Source: an uncultured virus (IMG/VR IMGVR_UViG_3300033753_000202) (lineage: Duplodnaviria; Heunggongvirae; Uroviricota; Caudoviricetes). Taken from it: a DNA stretch of 64,000 nt. Below are positions 48,268 to 58,935 of the stretch, in pieces (positions within the stretch are counted from its first letter, which is position 1; each line of letters starts with the position of its first letter). The stretch is taken from the IMG/VR virus record IMGVR_UViG_3300033753_000202; one strand, given 5' to 3'. Both the position numbers and the translations under genes were made by a program. The notes beneath the pieces are model-generated. The model searched no databases. It was not told the DNA's origin and saw only the letters and a program-made list of their open reading frames with translations.

Positions 48268-48392
48268 TAGAGTTGACGCGTCGGTGTCTGTACCTGACGC
48301 GTCTTTTCTTTTCCCGAATTTGTAAAGTATATTCGAACCCTCGTTGGGGTAGGCTAAAACTGCAGTCAATTCACTTATGGGAGGCGCTTTTC

Positions 48393-48674
48393 ATGGCGAA
48401 AACTGGTGTTTATGGTGATCCTGCTATCGAGACAAAAATCTCATTAGCGGGTTCTGAGGTTGTAGCTGTTAAGAAGAACGGTCAAGGTGATATCGAAAAG
48501 TTCAAATTGGCGGATGGTCGGGTTATCAGCTATGATGAAGCGATTTCATTGGTTAAGAGTAATCAATCTCACGGTCTGATTTTGCAAAAAGGGAACACTG
48601 GGCAAGCTGTTTTGCGTTCTAAGCCTGATGCTTCTGATGATAATAACTTGGATTCCCTCCCGACTTTTGAATAA
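48393..48674 (+). CDS. DUF3892-like protein
   Basis: V.KN..GDI..FKL.DG, LRS.PD....NNLD.LP. Confidence 0.75.
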   Translation: MAKTGVYGDPAIETKISLAGSEVVAVKKNGQGDIEKFKLADGRVISYDEAISLVKSNQSHGLILQKGNTGQAVLRSKPDASDDNNLDSLPTFE

Positions 48675-48829
48675 TTTTTTGACTTATAGAGGAACTCCCT
48701 TTGGGAGTTCTTTTTATGTTATTGAGGTATTATTTTTAGATAAAAGTTTCAGGATGTCGGAAACTTGCTGGCGTTTTAATGAAACGTTTTTTATACTATT
48801 AACATCTTCATGGTTAGGAGGTAGCGAGT

Positions 48830-49228
48830 TTGAACTGGTATGGTTTAGAATATTTTTCCGGGAAGAGCACGGGAAAGAATCTTCATCGTTTTGTGAAACT
48901 CACGCGTCCTTATCAAGGGGTCTGTCAAGGCACTATTTTTGTGGTTAAGGAGTATCTTCCCGGCACGGATCTTATCTGTGTTGTTAATAAGGAGTTTCCT
49001 TCGGGTTTTGTCGTACCTTCGGAGTTGTTGGAGTTCAGCTTGCTTGAGTGGCGTACTGTTACGCACGGACATTTCGGACTACCGAAGGGTACTTGGTTGG
49101 TGGTTTTTGTGCAGGAGATTGAGGATCAGGACGTTTTGTCGCTTTCTTTTGAGTATTATGATTCTCAAGGCAAGTTGGTGGGTTCGGAAGTTATGCGAAG
49201 TCCGTTGTTAATGGTGGCGGAAGCCTAG
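48830..49228 (+). CDS. Hypothetical protein
   Basis: AGGAGG RBS. Confidence 0.6.
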   Translation: MNWYGLEYFSGKSTGKNLHRFVKLTRPYQGVCQGTIFVVKEYLPGTDLICVVNKEFPSGFVVPSELLEFSLLEWRTVTHGHFGLPKGTWLVVFVQEIEDQDVLSLSFEYYDSQGKLVGSEVMRSPLLMVAEA

Positions 49229-49242
49229 TGGGGGGGTAGGTC

Positions 49243-49590
49243 ATGAATGCTTTTGTAGTTGAAGGTACTGCGGATGAGCAACACTTAAAAACGCTTTACC
49301 CTGACTTGTACTGCGTGGTTACATATGGTACACGCATGAATAATCGGGTAAAGTCGCTTATTGAGAAGGCTTTGCAAGAGTGCGATCAGGTTTTTCTGCT
49401 CTCCGATCCCGATGAGGCTGGAGATGCGTTGGCACATATGGTCATGCGTTTCTTTCCTACGGTAGTGCGTATTCCTTTGAACCCGGAACGGTGCAAAGTG
49501 CTGAATGCACGGGGCAACCGTTACTCTTACGGGGTCGAGCATGCGGACTTGGAGTATCTGAAGACTGTCTTGCAAGCCTATGTTAATTAA
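49243..49590 (+). CDS. Stand-alone Toprim-domain protein (RNase M5-like)
   Basis: VVEG..D, T.GT, L.DPD.AG, GVEHA. Confidence 0.85.
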   Translation: MNAFVVEGTADEQHLKTLYPDLYCVVTYGTRMNNRVKSLIEKALQECDQVFLLSDPDEAGDALAHMVMRFFPTVVRIPLNPERCKVLNARGNRYSYGVEHADLEYLKTVLQAYVN

Positions 49591-49845
49591 CTCTTTGTTG
49601 GACTTCCATAAATAATCTATTGACATATCTATGAAATTTTGGTATAATGATCGAGGTCTTTCTCGCCTGTTCTATTTCTATATGATGGAACTGCGGGAAT
49701 GTACCTCTTTTATTTTTCTATAATGACTTAGGTTGTCCTTTTATAGAAGTACATATTTGTCATCTTTTCGGTCTAGAAACCTGCAGTTGTTTGATGCTTT
49801 TGCTACGCGGGTCTATATTAGGTAGCTAACTAAGGAGGGGTAGGC

Positions 49846-50895
49846 ATGCCGAAAATTTTGGCGGTTTTGATGGATGGTAAAAGCCCATCGAATCCTTTGG
49901 GCTTGCGGTTTGAAATTGAAAACAGTGATAATACTACGTCGTTGGTAGATGTGCCGATCACGGACATTCCAAAGCGCTATCATGAGGCGCTGGTGGCATT
50001 TCCGCGTTTGTTGCTGTATGAGCGCGGGGAATATTACGCCACGGAGCAGGAACTGAATTCCGGGGTCTTTGTGGATGGGGCTGATCCGTCGGACTATCCT
50101 TGGTTGTTCACCTGCTTTGACAAGGAGTATTTTGACACGGACAATTGTGACTCGGTGGTGGACATGCTCCAGTGGCTCCGGGTGTATTCTAACCTTACTG
50201 CTTCGGAGTTGTATGCGCTCGGGCAAAGCATGATGAAATACCTCACCCCAGAAAAATTCTCGCAAGCGGTGTTTAATCGCTTCCCAGATCATCCTGAAGC
50301 GGGGCATGTCATTCGCTCTATCTTCATGGCAAGGGGTACGGCACTGGAGCGTGATGTAAAGGAGTTCAATAAGTTTGTAAATGAACTGCGCCAGCAAGAT
50401 CTGATTCCGGTTCGAGCGCTCCCGCCACTTGATAAGGGGTTTGACTCCTTAAACTACTCTCTCCCGCTCGATGAAGCCCAATGTTCGACGCCTGAAGCGT
50501 TTCTGGAGGCGTTCCAAGCACTGCAACGCGGGGTAGGAACACCGGACAATATTCGTGTCTGCACAGGGCGCGGAGAGTGCTACACTCCTGCAGGTTTCCG
50601 GGTTAAAGGGAAGGTTTTGGCGGTTGCTAATCAAAAGGTCAATTTCTTCAAAAATGCAAATGGGGAATTCTGCGTTTCGCAAATCGACAAGCCGAAGTTG
50701 GTTCAATATGTTTCGAACTATGAAACGATGCCGCTTCGCGCTAGGAAATCCGGCAAACGTCCGGTAAAAAGTATCTTGGTCGATATTAACAAGATCGTTG
50801 GGATTTGGGTACATCAGAGCGCAAAACATCTGTTCCCGGTAGCGGAGCAGATCGCCAAGGATTTGAATATTCAGGTTTTCACCATTTCGCTCTAA
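49846..50895 (+). CDS. Hypothetical protein
   Basis: 349-aa ORF with AAGGAGG RBS. Confidence 0.7.
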   Translation: MPKILAVLMDGKSPSNPLGLRFEIENSDNTTSLVDVPITDIPKRYHEALVAFPRLLLYERGEYYATEQELNSGVFVDGADPSDYPWLFTCFDKEYFDTDNCDSVVDMLQWLRVYSNLTASELYALGQSMMKYLTPEKFSQAVFNRFPDHPEAGHVIRSIFMARGTALERDVKEFNKFVNELRQQDLIPVRALPPLDKGFDSLNYSLPLDEAQCSTPEAFLEAFQALQRGVGTPDNIRVCTGRGECYTPAGFRVKGKVLAVANQKVNFFKNANGEFCVSQIDKPKLVQYVSNYETMPLRARKSGKRPVKSILVDINKIVGIWVHQSAKHLFPVAEQIAKDLNIQVFTISL

Positions 50896-51016
50896 TTCTC
50901 TATTATACATCCTTCAAGTGGAGAAGTTGCATTTAAGTGCGACTTCTCTTTCTTTTTGGATGTGGTAGTGGATGTAGGACATAACTCTTAGCTACTCGCA
51001 GGGAGGGGGTATTTTT

Positions 51017-51457
51017 ATGTTGCGAAATGCAGTTCCGGTTGAGGTGCGGTTTATTCAAGATGGGGCTGGTAGGTCGGTGTGTCCTTGTGTTTTAACGGAA
51101 GTAGGTCTATTTTCTACCGGAGATGGTTCGGTTCATTTGGAGGCGGTTTATCAATCGGTAGACGGTTCGTTGGCGAAGAAACCAGTGAAATGGCTTAACA
51201 TCTCCAGCGGGGCTTTCGTTTTGACAAAGCCGACTTATGGTATGAAGAAGGGCACTCTCATCGCCAAGTTCTCCGAACGAATTAACGGGGATACGTGGAG
51301 CGACTATTATATTACCCAGGATGGGGTACTCTTACTGGAACATGATTTTCGTCAGCTCCCCAACAAAAAGACTATTACTCTGCAACTGAGACGTCATTAC
51401 AATCCTTTCAAAGTCTTTTTCCGGGATCTTGTCAATCGTTTGACGCACAAGGGGTAA
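51017..51457 (+). CDS. Hypothetical protein
   Basis: GGAGG RBS. Confidence 0.6.
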   Translation: MLRNAVPVEVRFIQDGAGRSVCPCVLTEVGLFSTGDGSVHLEAVYQSVDGSLAKKPVKWLNISSGAFVLTKPTYGMKKGTLIAKFSERINGDTWSDYYITQDGVLLLEHDFRQLPNKKTITLQLRRHYNPFKVFFRDLVNRLTHKG

Positions 51458-51636
51458 CTGTAAGGTTCTCTTATATCGTTGGACTCATCTCGTTTTATTA
51501 TGAGGAGAGTACATTCCTGTTACAATTTGTTAAAGTTACTCGAATCGGGGTAGTTTGTTTGATTCTGATTTACATTGATATGTTAGCGCCTTTGGCGTTG
51601 GCATAAATTTTACATTTTAGTGGAGGGAAACAGAAA

Positions 51637-52068
51637 ATGAGAGCAGAGAGAAAGGGTTTCAAAAAGTGGGTCATTACGTCTATGAGTGTCGTGGCACTTT
51701 TGGCGGTGTTGACGGCGTGCAACGACAAGAAGCCTACGGATTCTCCGGACGTCGCTCCCGCTCCTGCCCCGTCGGAAAGCGTCATTGAGGATCAAGCCAA
51801 TGCTCCTATTGATGAGCAGTCGACGGTAGAGGAAGAGACTTCCGCTACGGAAGATGCCACTGGGGTGGAGGAAGACGCGGTATCACCGTCTGAAGACGGT
51901 GTAGTCGAAGAACCTTCGGCTGATATCGAAGTTGCACCCGAAGAGTCTGATGTTACGGAAGAGGCTCCGGCAGAAAATGCAGATACTCCGGTTGGGGTAG
52001 AAGTGCTTCCAGCCCCGTCTGATGAACCGGCTGTGGAGATCGAAGTAACTACGGAATCCACCAACTAA
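51637..52068 (+). CDS. Acidic low-complexity lipoprotein
   Basis: Lipobox LTA|C, Glu/Pro-rich; terminator follows. Confidence 0.75.
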   Translation: MRAERKGFKKWVITSMSVVALLAVLTACNDKKPTDSPDVAPAPAPSESVIEDQANAPIDEQSTVEEETSATEDATGVEEDAVSPSEDGVVEEPSADIEVAPEESDVTEEAPAENADTPVGVEVLPAPSDEPAVEIEVTTESTN

Positions 52069-52182
52069 TTCTTTCGCACATTGATAAAGACCCTCCGAAA
52101 AGGGGGTCTTTTCTTTTTAGTATATAGTTCTTTCGAGGTACTGTAAACTAAGTTCTATTGTATCATTAAATTAGAGGAGCGA

Positions 52183-52821
52183 ATGACTATGTACGGAATT
52201 CATTGTGCTTCAAAAATTAAGTTTAATCCAGCGGATCTGGCGCATGCGGTGAGTGTTGTTGGGATGATTAATCCTGATGAGCAACTTTCGCGGGCGGCAC
52301 ATCGAATGGCGCAAATTGTTGTTAATACGGGTTCGACGCTCGTTACGGACACTACGGTTGGGGTAAATCATGCCGCTTTTTATGGTGCTATGAAAGGTGA
52401 GTCTAACAATCCGGCAAGACCGAAGTGTGTTTTGCTTATTCGAGAAGACTTGTATTACAATGAACGTAAAGTGGAGCGTGGGGAAATTCGCTCTAAAATT
52501 ACTAACGCCCATAATCATGGGGTGGTCATTACACTCAGTCCTGCGCTCTTTTCTGATCCGGGAGTTCCTGTTATTCCAATCATGAAAGCCGCTCTTTCTG
52601 GTGAAATTTACGTTATGTCGCACGCGAATAATATTTTGGGTTCGGCAAGGACAGTTGTCAGCTATGCGAATTTGTTCAACCGGATGGTAAGGGTTTTCGG
52701 GGCAGATGGTCTTTCGAAGCCTGTTAATCCACGCATTGTCGGGGTAGCAGAGTTTCCTAAAGGACGGGTTGGAGAAGCGTTGCGGCGAATCATTTGGGAG
52801 TTGACGCGGCGCGAAGTGTAA
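52183..52821 (+). CDS. Degenerate DprA/SLOG-like protein
   Basis: VSVVG, LVT....GV..AA..GA, SG...V.....GSA..V..A parallels the next ORF. Confidence 0.55.
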   Translation: MTMYGIHCASKIKFNPADLAHAVSVVGMINPDEQLSRAAHRMAQIVVNTGSTLVTDTTVGVNHAAFYGAMKGESNNPARPKCVLLIREDLYYNERKVERGEIRSKITNAHNHGVVITLSPALFSDPGVPVIPIMKAALSGEIYVMSHANNILGSARTVVSYANLFNRMVRVFGADGLSKPVNPRIVGVAEFPKGRVGEALRRIIWELTRREV

Positions 52822-52925
52822 GTGTATAATAACTTCAGTAGTACCACCAACATTAAATGTTGGTGGTCTTTTTGCGATAATGGGTTGGACAAGCCTTAAA
52901 TAAATATTCTTAATGAGAGGAGGGT

Positions 52926-53582
52926 TTGTTATTGGTCAATTACGCCTTGATCGGGCAACAAGTCGATTTTTCCCAGCGGCATAAATTTAAGACTGTAATA
53001 GGTTCTCGTCGAGCGTCTGTTGCACTTCGAGATGTTGCGAGTTATTTTTCGTGGAAATTTGTTGAATCTGGCTTTACTGTCGTCTCAGGCTTGGCGGAAG
53101 GAATCGATACAGCGGCGCACTTAGGTGCATTAAAATCGGATGCAACTCATCCGAGAACGGTAGCCATTGTTTCAACTGCACCTTCCGAGTTGTACTATCC
53201 AGCGGCTAATCGTCAGTTGGCAGAGCGGATCAAGCAACATGGTGCTATTCTGCATCCGTTTGTTACTAAAGCGAAGTGGGAGCGGGGTGTGCGGTTTGGG
53301 CAACCACAAAAGCGCTTGGTTGAGCGGGATATTCTGCAAGCATCTTTGTCTTCGGAAGTGTACGTCGTGTCAGATGACCCCGTCATCTCTGGTGGTAGTC
53401 GTTGGGTGTTGAATTACGCCAAATATCTGGGGGTATCTACTTATCGAATTGATTCTGTAGGTAATATTCACCCTGACCCAGATTTTGTGGTGGAAAAGAA
53501 GCTTATTCCTTGGGAGTTGGAGTTGGCGTGGGAAGATTTGACCCGTCTTCTTCAGCATCCTTGCACTTGCATGAGATGGTAG
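52926..53582 (+). CDS. DprA/SMF (SLOG) family protein
   Basis: VIGSR.AS, VVSGLAEGIDTAAH.GAL, YP..N..LA..I. Confidence 0.85.
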   Translation: MLLVNYALIGQQVDFSQRHKFKTVIGSRRASVALRDVASYFSWKFVESGFTVVSGLAEGIDTAAHLGALKSDATHPRTVAIVSTAPSELYYPAANRQLAERIKQHGAILHPFVTKAKWERGVRFGQPQKRLVERDILQASLSSEVYVVSDDPVISGGSRWVLNYAKYLGVSTYRIDSVGNIHPDPDFVVEKKLIPWELELAWEDLTRLLQHPCTCMRW

Positions 53583-53626
53583 TTTCGCTTATGTGAGTCA
53601 ATCAGGGGATAGGGAGGGGTATAGAG

Positions 53627-54493
53627 ATGGTAACTTCATATGAGCAGTCTGTTTTTGGAGGAATCGAAGATACTTTCAATGCTTCCGAGTACACCAGTAA
53701 TAAAAGTCTGTTTCATCGGAAGGTGCAGTTTGCGTCTTTCTTACCTGAGTTGTCGTCTATTCTTTCCCCTATGGAGTGGTTTGATCTCTCGATCACTTTG
53801 TTGAATGATTTGAAGAAGGATGACTTTGTTTTCCGTGAGCAGGAGGACATTCATGGGCGGTTGGGGGTATATATGTCTCCTGAAAGACATATGATTCTTC
53901 GCCGTATGTTTCCAAAGTTTCTCGATAAACTCGAACGGGAAAAGATGGTTACATCTCGAGTGACATACGATGCGGGTCGAATGCACCCTCTGTTACGTGG
54001 AATTTCTAAGAGTGTCTCTCGTTCCTTTATCACCGAGGAAGGGTTGGACAAAATTGTTTCTTTGATGCAACAGACTTCTTGGTATCGTCGGGATCTGTCG
54101 CAAGCTGAAGTTTTTGAGATAGTTTCCCGTGATACACGTAGCTTTCTTACAGGAGTAGGACTTTTTGGGAGTTTTGCGAGAAATCAGCAGAATGAACTCA
54201 GCGATGTTGATCTTGTGCTGTTCGATACAGTCACGCGGAAGACTCCTGAAGCTATTCCATTGAATACGGCATTTCGGAAGTATTTTCAATCTCGCCTTTC
54301 TGCAGATCTCGGACGTCCGGTGAATTTTATCGCTTGGTGTGCACTTTCTAAAAAGGCGAAGTCTAGGATTACTCCGCATATGATTTATTTTCCGCGTTCT
54401 GGACTTTGCTCGATCACCCTTTGGGATGACTTGGTATTGGAAAAGGAAGGAGCGGATTTACGAATGAAAGGGGAGGGTGACAATGCCTTCTAA
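53627..54493 (+). CDS. Protein with C-terminal minimal nucleotidyltransferase domain
   Basis: LFGSFAR......SDVDL, L...LGRPV. Confidence 0.75.
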   Translation: MVTSYEQSVFGGIEDTFNASEYTSNKSLFHRKVQFASFLPELSSILSPMEWFDLSITLLNDLKKDDFVFREQEDIHGRLGVYMSPERHMILRRMFPKFLDKLEREKMVTSRVTYDAGRMHPLLRGISKSVSRSFITEEGLDKIVSLMQQTSWYRRDLSQAEVFEIVSRDTRSFLTGVGLFGSFARNQQNELSDVDLVLFDTVTRKTPEAIPLNTAFRKYFQSRLSADLGRPVNFIAWCALSKKAKSRITPHMIYFPRSGLCSITLWDDLVLEKEGADLRMKGEGDNAF

Positions 54494-54815
54494 TGTTATA
54501 GCTGGTGGCGTACCTGTTAGTCTGTACACCGTTTTTGAAGCACTTTGTAATCATGTTCTTTCTTTGAAGTACTCTCGCGTGACGCTTATTGAAAATGGTC
54601 GTGCGGCGATTTTTACCTTGGCTCCTGACTATGTAAAGGTTCGAGGGGGTATTTCAGGCAGACGTAAGGTCAATGCTCGACTTATTCTCCGTTTTCCAGT
54701 GACGGGTCGGGGTAATGAATTCCGACATAACTTGAAGACTTTGAAGCAAGCGTACATGTCTGATACTTTTCTTCGTTTGTCTTTTCCTGATCGCGACATT
54801 ATCTTTAGTGTATAA
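54483..54815 (+). CDS. Hypothetical protein
   Basis: GGAGG RBS; overlaps the end of the upstream gene. Confidence 0.55.
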   Translation: MPSNVIAGGVPVSLYTVFEALCNHVLSLKYSRVTLIENGRAAIFTLAPDYVKVRGGISGRRKVNARLILRFPVTGRGNEFRHNLKTLKQAYMSDTFLRLSFPDRDIIFSV

Positions 54816-54941
54816 TTAGACTCGTTTTTCGTGGACACCAGCCACATGCTGGTGTCTTTTTGTTTATTTTTGACTTAATTTGCATTTTTACAGAAATAAA
54901 CCAACTGGCTTGATACCACTGTAACTTCTTAAAAATTAGAG

Positions 54942-57590
54942 GTGGTATCTTTGCCGAGTACTAGGTTTATTAACGAGCTTCGTTCGGCGGATTCGGAGAA
55001 ACGTGTTGAGGCGATTTATCACGAAGCCCTTCGCAAAGGAATCAGCGATCTCGGCGGGCACGTTCAAAGCATCAAAACTCTTTACAATACGGATGGTATT
55101 TTGGATGGCGAGTTTTTGTTCGATGGTGCACCTCGCGTCTTTCGCATTATCATTGAGACCAAAATGGACGAATCGTTTACCAATGCAGTCGTTCGTTCGA
55201 AAGTATTGGCGCAGGTTGTCTACTATCTGAAGCGCTTTGAAGATGCCGGGGATGAACTTCCGAACATCATCTTTGTTGGTGATCGTAACGAGTGTTTTGT
55301 TGTGCATATCAACTATCTGCAAAATTACCTCAATTTCAACTGCGATTGGTCTATCGCTCCGAGTCTTGCGGGTTCTCGAAGTGTGGAATTGGTCGAAGCA
55401 CTTACATCGGATGAAGTCCTTCAATCCAACTGTTTCGTTCACATCATTGACGATAATTTTGACTTTGAGGATGTTGTGAAGGATATCTGGCGGTTGGTCA
55501 CGGGTGTAAAGACGAAATCTCGCATCACCGAGCGGAATATCTCTAAGATTTTCGAGCGTTTTTCTATGCACATCTTGAAACGCAAGCTTTCGGGGGAATC
55601 ACTTTATACTCCACGTGAGCAAGTTGAGTATTTCATGAAGCTCGTACTTCATCAAGACGACTGTTATTTGCATCCTCGCAAAAAGGGTCGTGCCGTTATA
55701 GATGGGGTAGAGGTGCAAGTCAACTCGGATGCTTTTTCGTCCTTTACCAATTACTATGAGTTTAACTATAACGCCCTTGAGAAGAAAGAGTTCACGGCTA
55801 TCGCTGACCGACTGATCGAGGATTCTGATCGTCGGCGCAAAGGGGATTTCTACACACCTACGGTTTGGGTGGATGAAGCGAACAAGATCCTTTCTCAACA
55901 TCTTGGGGCGAATTGGAAGGATGAGTACGTGGTTTGGGACTGCGCGTGGGGTACGGGAAACCTCACTCGCGATTATAATTTTTCGGAGCTGTATTGTTCG
56001 ACTTTGCATGACCATGATCTTGAGATCGGTAAAAAGTATAATCTTAACGCCCAAGCCAAGTTTCAATACGATTTTCTCAATGACGATGTTGAGTTGTTTG
56101 AGGGTCTTCGGCAAAAAGTTGCTAAAGGGTATAATCTTACCGAGAGGGACTTTTATGGTTCCAAGCTGTGGCAGAAAGCTCCTAGCTTGATCAGGAGTAT
56201 GCTTGAGGGTAAGAAGTTGTTGTTCTTCATTAATCCACCGTATGGGACAAGCGGGGAAATGTCTTCCGCGATTACGGGCAAAGAGAAGAAAGTGGGTATC
56301 GCCGCAACCAAACTTGCTGAGTTCATGCGTCGAGACAACATGGGTGCGGCGACGCAACAGCTTTATGCACAGTTCATTTACCGTATTTACACCCTTAAGC
56401 TCTTGTTTGGGGTATCGGTGACGCTTGGACTTTTTAGCCCACCTCTTTTTATGACGGGCAACTCGTTCCGGCTTTTCCGGGATAATTTGATTTCTAAGTT
56501 GACTTTGATCGACGGTATGGTTTTTCAGGCTTCTGAGTTCGCGGACGTTTCTTCCAACTGGGGTATTTCGTTTACTTTATGGACGGATGAGGAACCTACC
56601 AGTAGCACTGGGGTTTATGTGCTTCCAGTGAAAGAGGGTCGTGTAGGACAGCCCGTAACTGTAGGCACTAAGCGATTTTATAGCGTGGATAATGAGACGT
56701 CCGCTACTACTTGGTGTAAGGAGCCTTTGGTTGGGCTTCGGACGTTCGATGCTCCGCAGTTGAAAAATGCCATCAATGTGAAGGAAAAGGGTGTCGGACG
56801 TCTGTGTGAAGGTGCTATGGGGTATATCTTTACTGCCGCTTCGAATAAGGTTGAGCATAACAACTCTTATGTTTGCATTGTTAGCAGTGCTTTTGCAAAT
56901 GCACATGGTTGGCAAATCGTCGAAGGGAATTTCATGCGGAATATGGCGTACTTTACCGCTCGAAGACTGATAACAGGGAATTATGCGACTTGGGTCAACT
57001 CTAAGGATGAGTACCTCAAGCCGAATATTTCGCATCCACTGTATTCTCAGTGGGAAGCGGACGCCATTGTGTATGCTCTGTTCAATTCTGCATCGAATCA
57101 ATCCTCGTTGCGGGGTATTGAATATAAGGATGCTTCTCATGACATTTATAACCATTTCTTCTTCATGTCTCGGAATGATCTGCATCAGCTCGCTCTTGGG
57201 GATAACCCGAACGATGAGGTCTATCATGATCTTGAAGCACATGGTCAAACTGAGCGTTTTGTCTATGAGAAGCTCCAACAGGTCAACCTCTCGCCAGACG
57301 CACAGGCGGTTTTGAATATGGCGCGTCAACTTGTTCGTGACTCCTTTAAGTACCGTAAGTTGTTCCATCAGGAACACCCCGAGTATCATATCACTGCATG
57401 GGACGCGGGTTGGTATCAAATTAAGGGGGTGTTGCGGGAGTATATGCCGGAGCAGTTGAGGGAGTTCAACGCGCTCTATAAAACCTTTGAAGACCGTATG
57501 CGTCCGTTTGTTGTTGAACTTGGTTTTCTGTACGACTATCCGGGGTATGAGGAAGACCTTCAAAAGCATCCCATTCCTAGCGTTAATTAA
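54942..57590 (+). CDS. Type IIG-like restriction-modification fusion (PD-(D/E)xK nuclease + N6-adenine methyltransferase + specificity region)
   Basis: TDGIL...IIETK; G.FYTP; WDCAWGTGNL (motif I); NPPY (motif IV). Confidence 0.8.
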   Translation: MVSLPSTRFINELRSADSEKRVEAIYHEALRKGISDLGGHVQSIKTLYNTDGILDGEFLFDGAPRVFRIIIETKMDESFTNAVVRSKVLAQVVYYLKRFEDAGDELPNIIFVGDRNECFVVHINYLQNYLNFNCDWSIAPSLAGSRSVELVEALTSDEVLQSNCFVHIIDDNFDFEDVVKDIWRLVTGVKTKSRITERNISKIFERFSMHILKRKLSGESLYTPREQVEYFMKLVLHQDDCYLHPRKKGRAVIDGVEVQVNSDAFSSFTNYYEFNYNALEKKEFTAIADRLIEDSDRRRKGDFYTPTVWVDEANKILSQHLGANWKDEYVVWDCAWGTGNLTRDYNFSELYCSTLHDHDLEIGKKYNLNAQAKFQYDFLNDDVELFEGLRQKVAKGYNLTERDFYGSKLWQKAPSLIRSMLEGKKLLFFINPPYGTSGEMSSAITGKEKKVGIAATKLAEFMRRDNMGAATQQLYAQFIYRIYTLKLLFGVSVTLGLFSPPLFMTGNSFRLFRDNLISKLTLIDGMVFQASEFADVSSNWGISFTLWTDEEPTSSTGVYVLPVKEGRVGQPVTVGTKRFYSVDNETSATTWCKEPLVGLRTFDAPQLKNAINVKEKGVGRLCEGAMGYIFTAASNKVEHNNSYVCIVSSAFANAHGWQIVEGNFMRNMAYFTARRLITGNYATWVNSKDEYLKPNISHPLYSQWEADAIVYALFNSASNQSSLRGIEYKDASHDIYNHFFFMSRNDLHQLALGDNPNDEVYHDLEAHGQTERFVYEKLQQVNLSPDAQAVLNMARQLVRDSFKYRKLFHQEHPEYHITAWDAGWYQIKGVLREYMPEQLREFNALYKTFEDRMRPFVVELGFLYDYPGYEEDLQKHPIPSVN

Positions 57591-57720
57591 GGAATCTTCT
57601 TTTACAGTGCAGTAGGGTTATTTCCTATGGACATCGCCATCGTTAGGATGGCGATGTTTCTTTTTAGCACTTTTGCTTCAACCTGTGGTATAACAGGTAC
57701 TTAAAATTTGGGGGTGTTTT

Positions 57721-58863
57721 ATGAGTATGCCTATTCATACTGCGACTGCTCACGCTTCCTCGTCGAATATGGAGGAGTATCTTATGAGGCAACACGTATA
57801 TCAGGCACAAGAGGTGTACAATCGTCTGATTCGTGTTCGTGAGCGTGTCAGGGATATTGGGGGTAGGATGGCGAAAAGCTACAAGCATATGTTCACTTCT
57901 CTCGAAAATGATGTTGGCGAGGTTATTAATCTCATTTTCTCGCAACGGCATCTTCCGGTTGTTGATTCAGATAATCCGGTCGATATCGCCAATTATATCT
58001 TTTTCGAGCATGCTTTTCGACCGTTGGAATCGTTCCAACGGTATATGACGCAGTTTGGTTTGCTTGCGAAGCATGATCCTACGGCACATTCGATGCTTGA
58101 ATCTTTCTGGAACGAGTGGAGTGCTAGTTTCCAAGCGGCTACTCAAGAAGATTCCGAATCGGAAGCAACGACATCGGAAGTATCTTCTTTCTCAGAAGAC
58201 ATCGTAAACAAACTCCAGCATGGGGTAGGTGATACTACTGTTGCTGATCTTATCGCTACCATGCCTATGGAGGAGCTGGTTGCCCGGTTGACAGCTAGTC
58301 CGGTTGATTCTTCTGAGGAGACTGCGGAAGCTGTTGTTGAGGTAAAGCCGGAGTCGGAAGTCGACCCGGATGCAGATTTCACTTTTGAGGGGTATTATCC
58401 GGTTGTGGAGTTGGAGAAAGTTATCGCTTCACTCAATCAGGTCGCTCCTTTGTTGGATGAAGCGAATAAAGCCTTGTCACTCTATGACAGGGAAACGCAG
58501 GACTATCTTCATGCGTTGGAGCTTCTGGATTTGGATCAATATACGCTTGAAGATGTGGTTTTCCGTCTGTCGGAAGCGCGTAAAAAGCGCAGAAATGTGC
58601 AAAACTTCATTCGTCTTTGTGAACCGTTAAACGATTTGGTAACTCGGCATTCAACCTTCTTGCAAAGCGCTATCAAGACGAAGGCGACGCTGGTTAAAAT
58701 GCGTCGGGGTATGAGTTCTCGTCGGTATTCGGTTCGAGAAGCCAGCGATTTGCAACCCTTGTTTGATGCTTTGTTCGATTCGCTGATTTCTGTTGAGGAT
58801 GGGGAGGTTGTGTCTTTCACGGATGAGGACTCGATTTCGCCGGAGGCGTTGAGTTCGCAGTAA
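57721..58863 (+). CDS. Hypothetical protein with coiled-coil C-terminal half
   Basis: 380-aa ORF; QD.LH.LEL...R..RR..K/QN motif. Confidence 0.7.
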   Translation: MSMPIHTATAHASSSNMEEYLMRQHVYQAQEVYNRLIRVRERVRDIGGRMAKSYKHMFTSLENDVGEVINLIFSQRHLPVVDSDNPVDIANYIFFEHAFRPLESFQRYMTQFGLLAKHDPTAHSMLESFWNEWSASFQAATQEDSESEATTSEVSSFSEDIVNKLQHGVGDTTVADLIATMPMEELVARLTASPVDSSEETAEAVVEVKPESEVDPDADFTFEGYYPVVELEKVIASLNQVAPLLDEANKALSLYDRETQDYLHALELLDLDQYTLEDVVFRLSEARKKRRNVQNFIRLCEPLNDLVTRHSTFLQSAIKTKATLVKMRRGMSSRRYSVREASDLQPLFDALFDSLISVEDGEVVSFTDEDSISPEALSSQ

Positions 58864-58935
58864 TTCAGGAGATTCTGGTAAATTTCTTTTGACTTCTTTG
58901 TTGACGCTTTTTGACTAGGGGTGTAAGATAGATAG

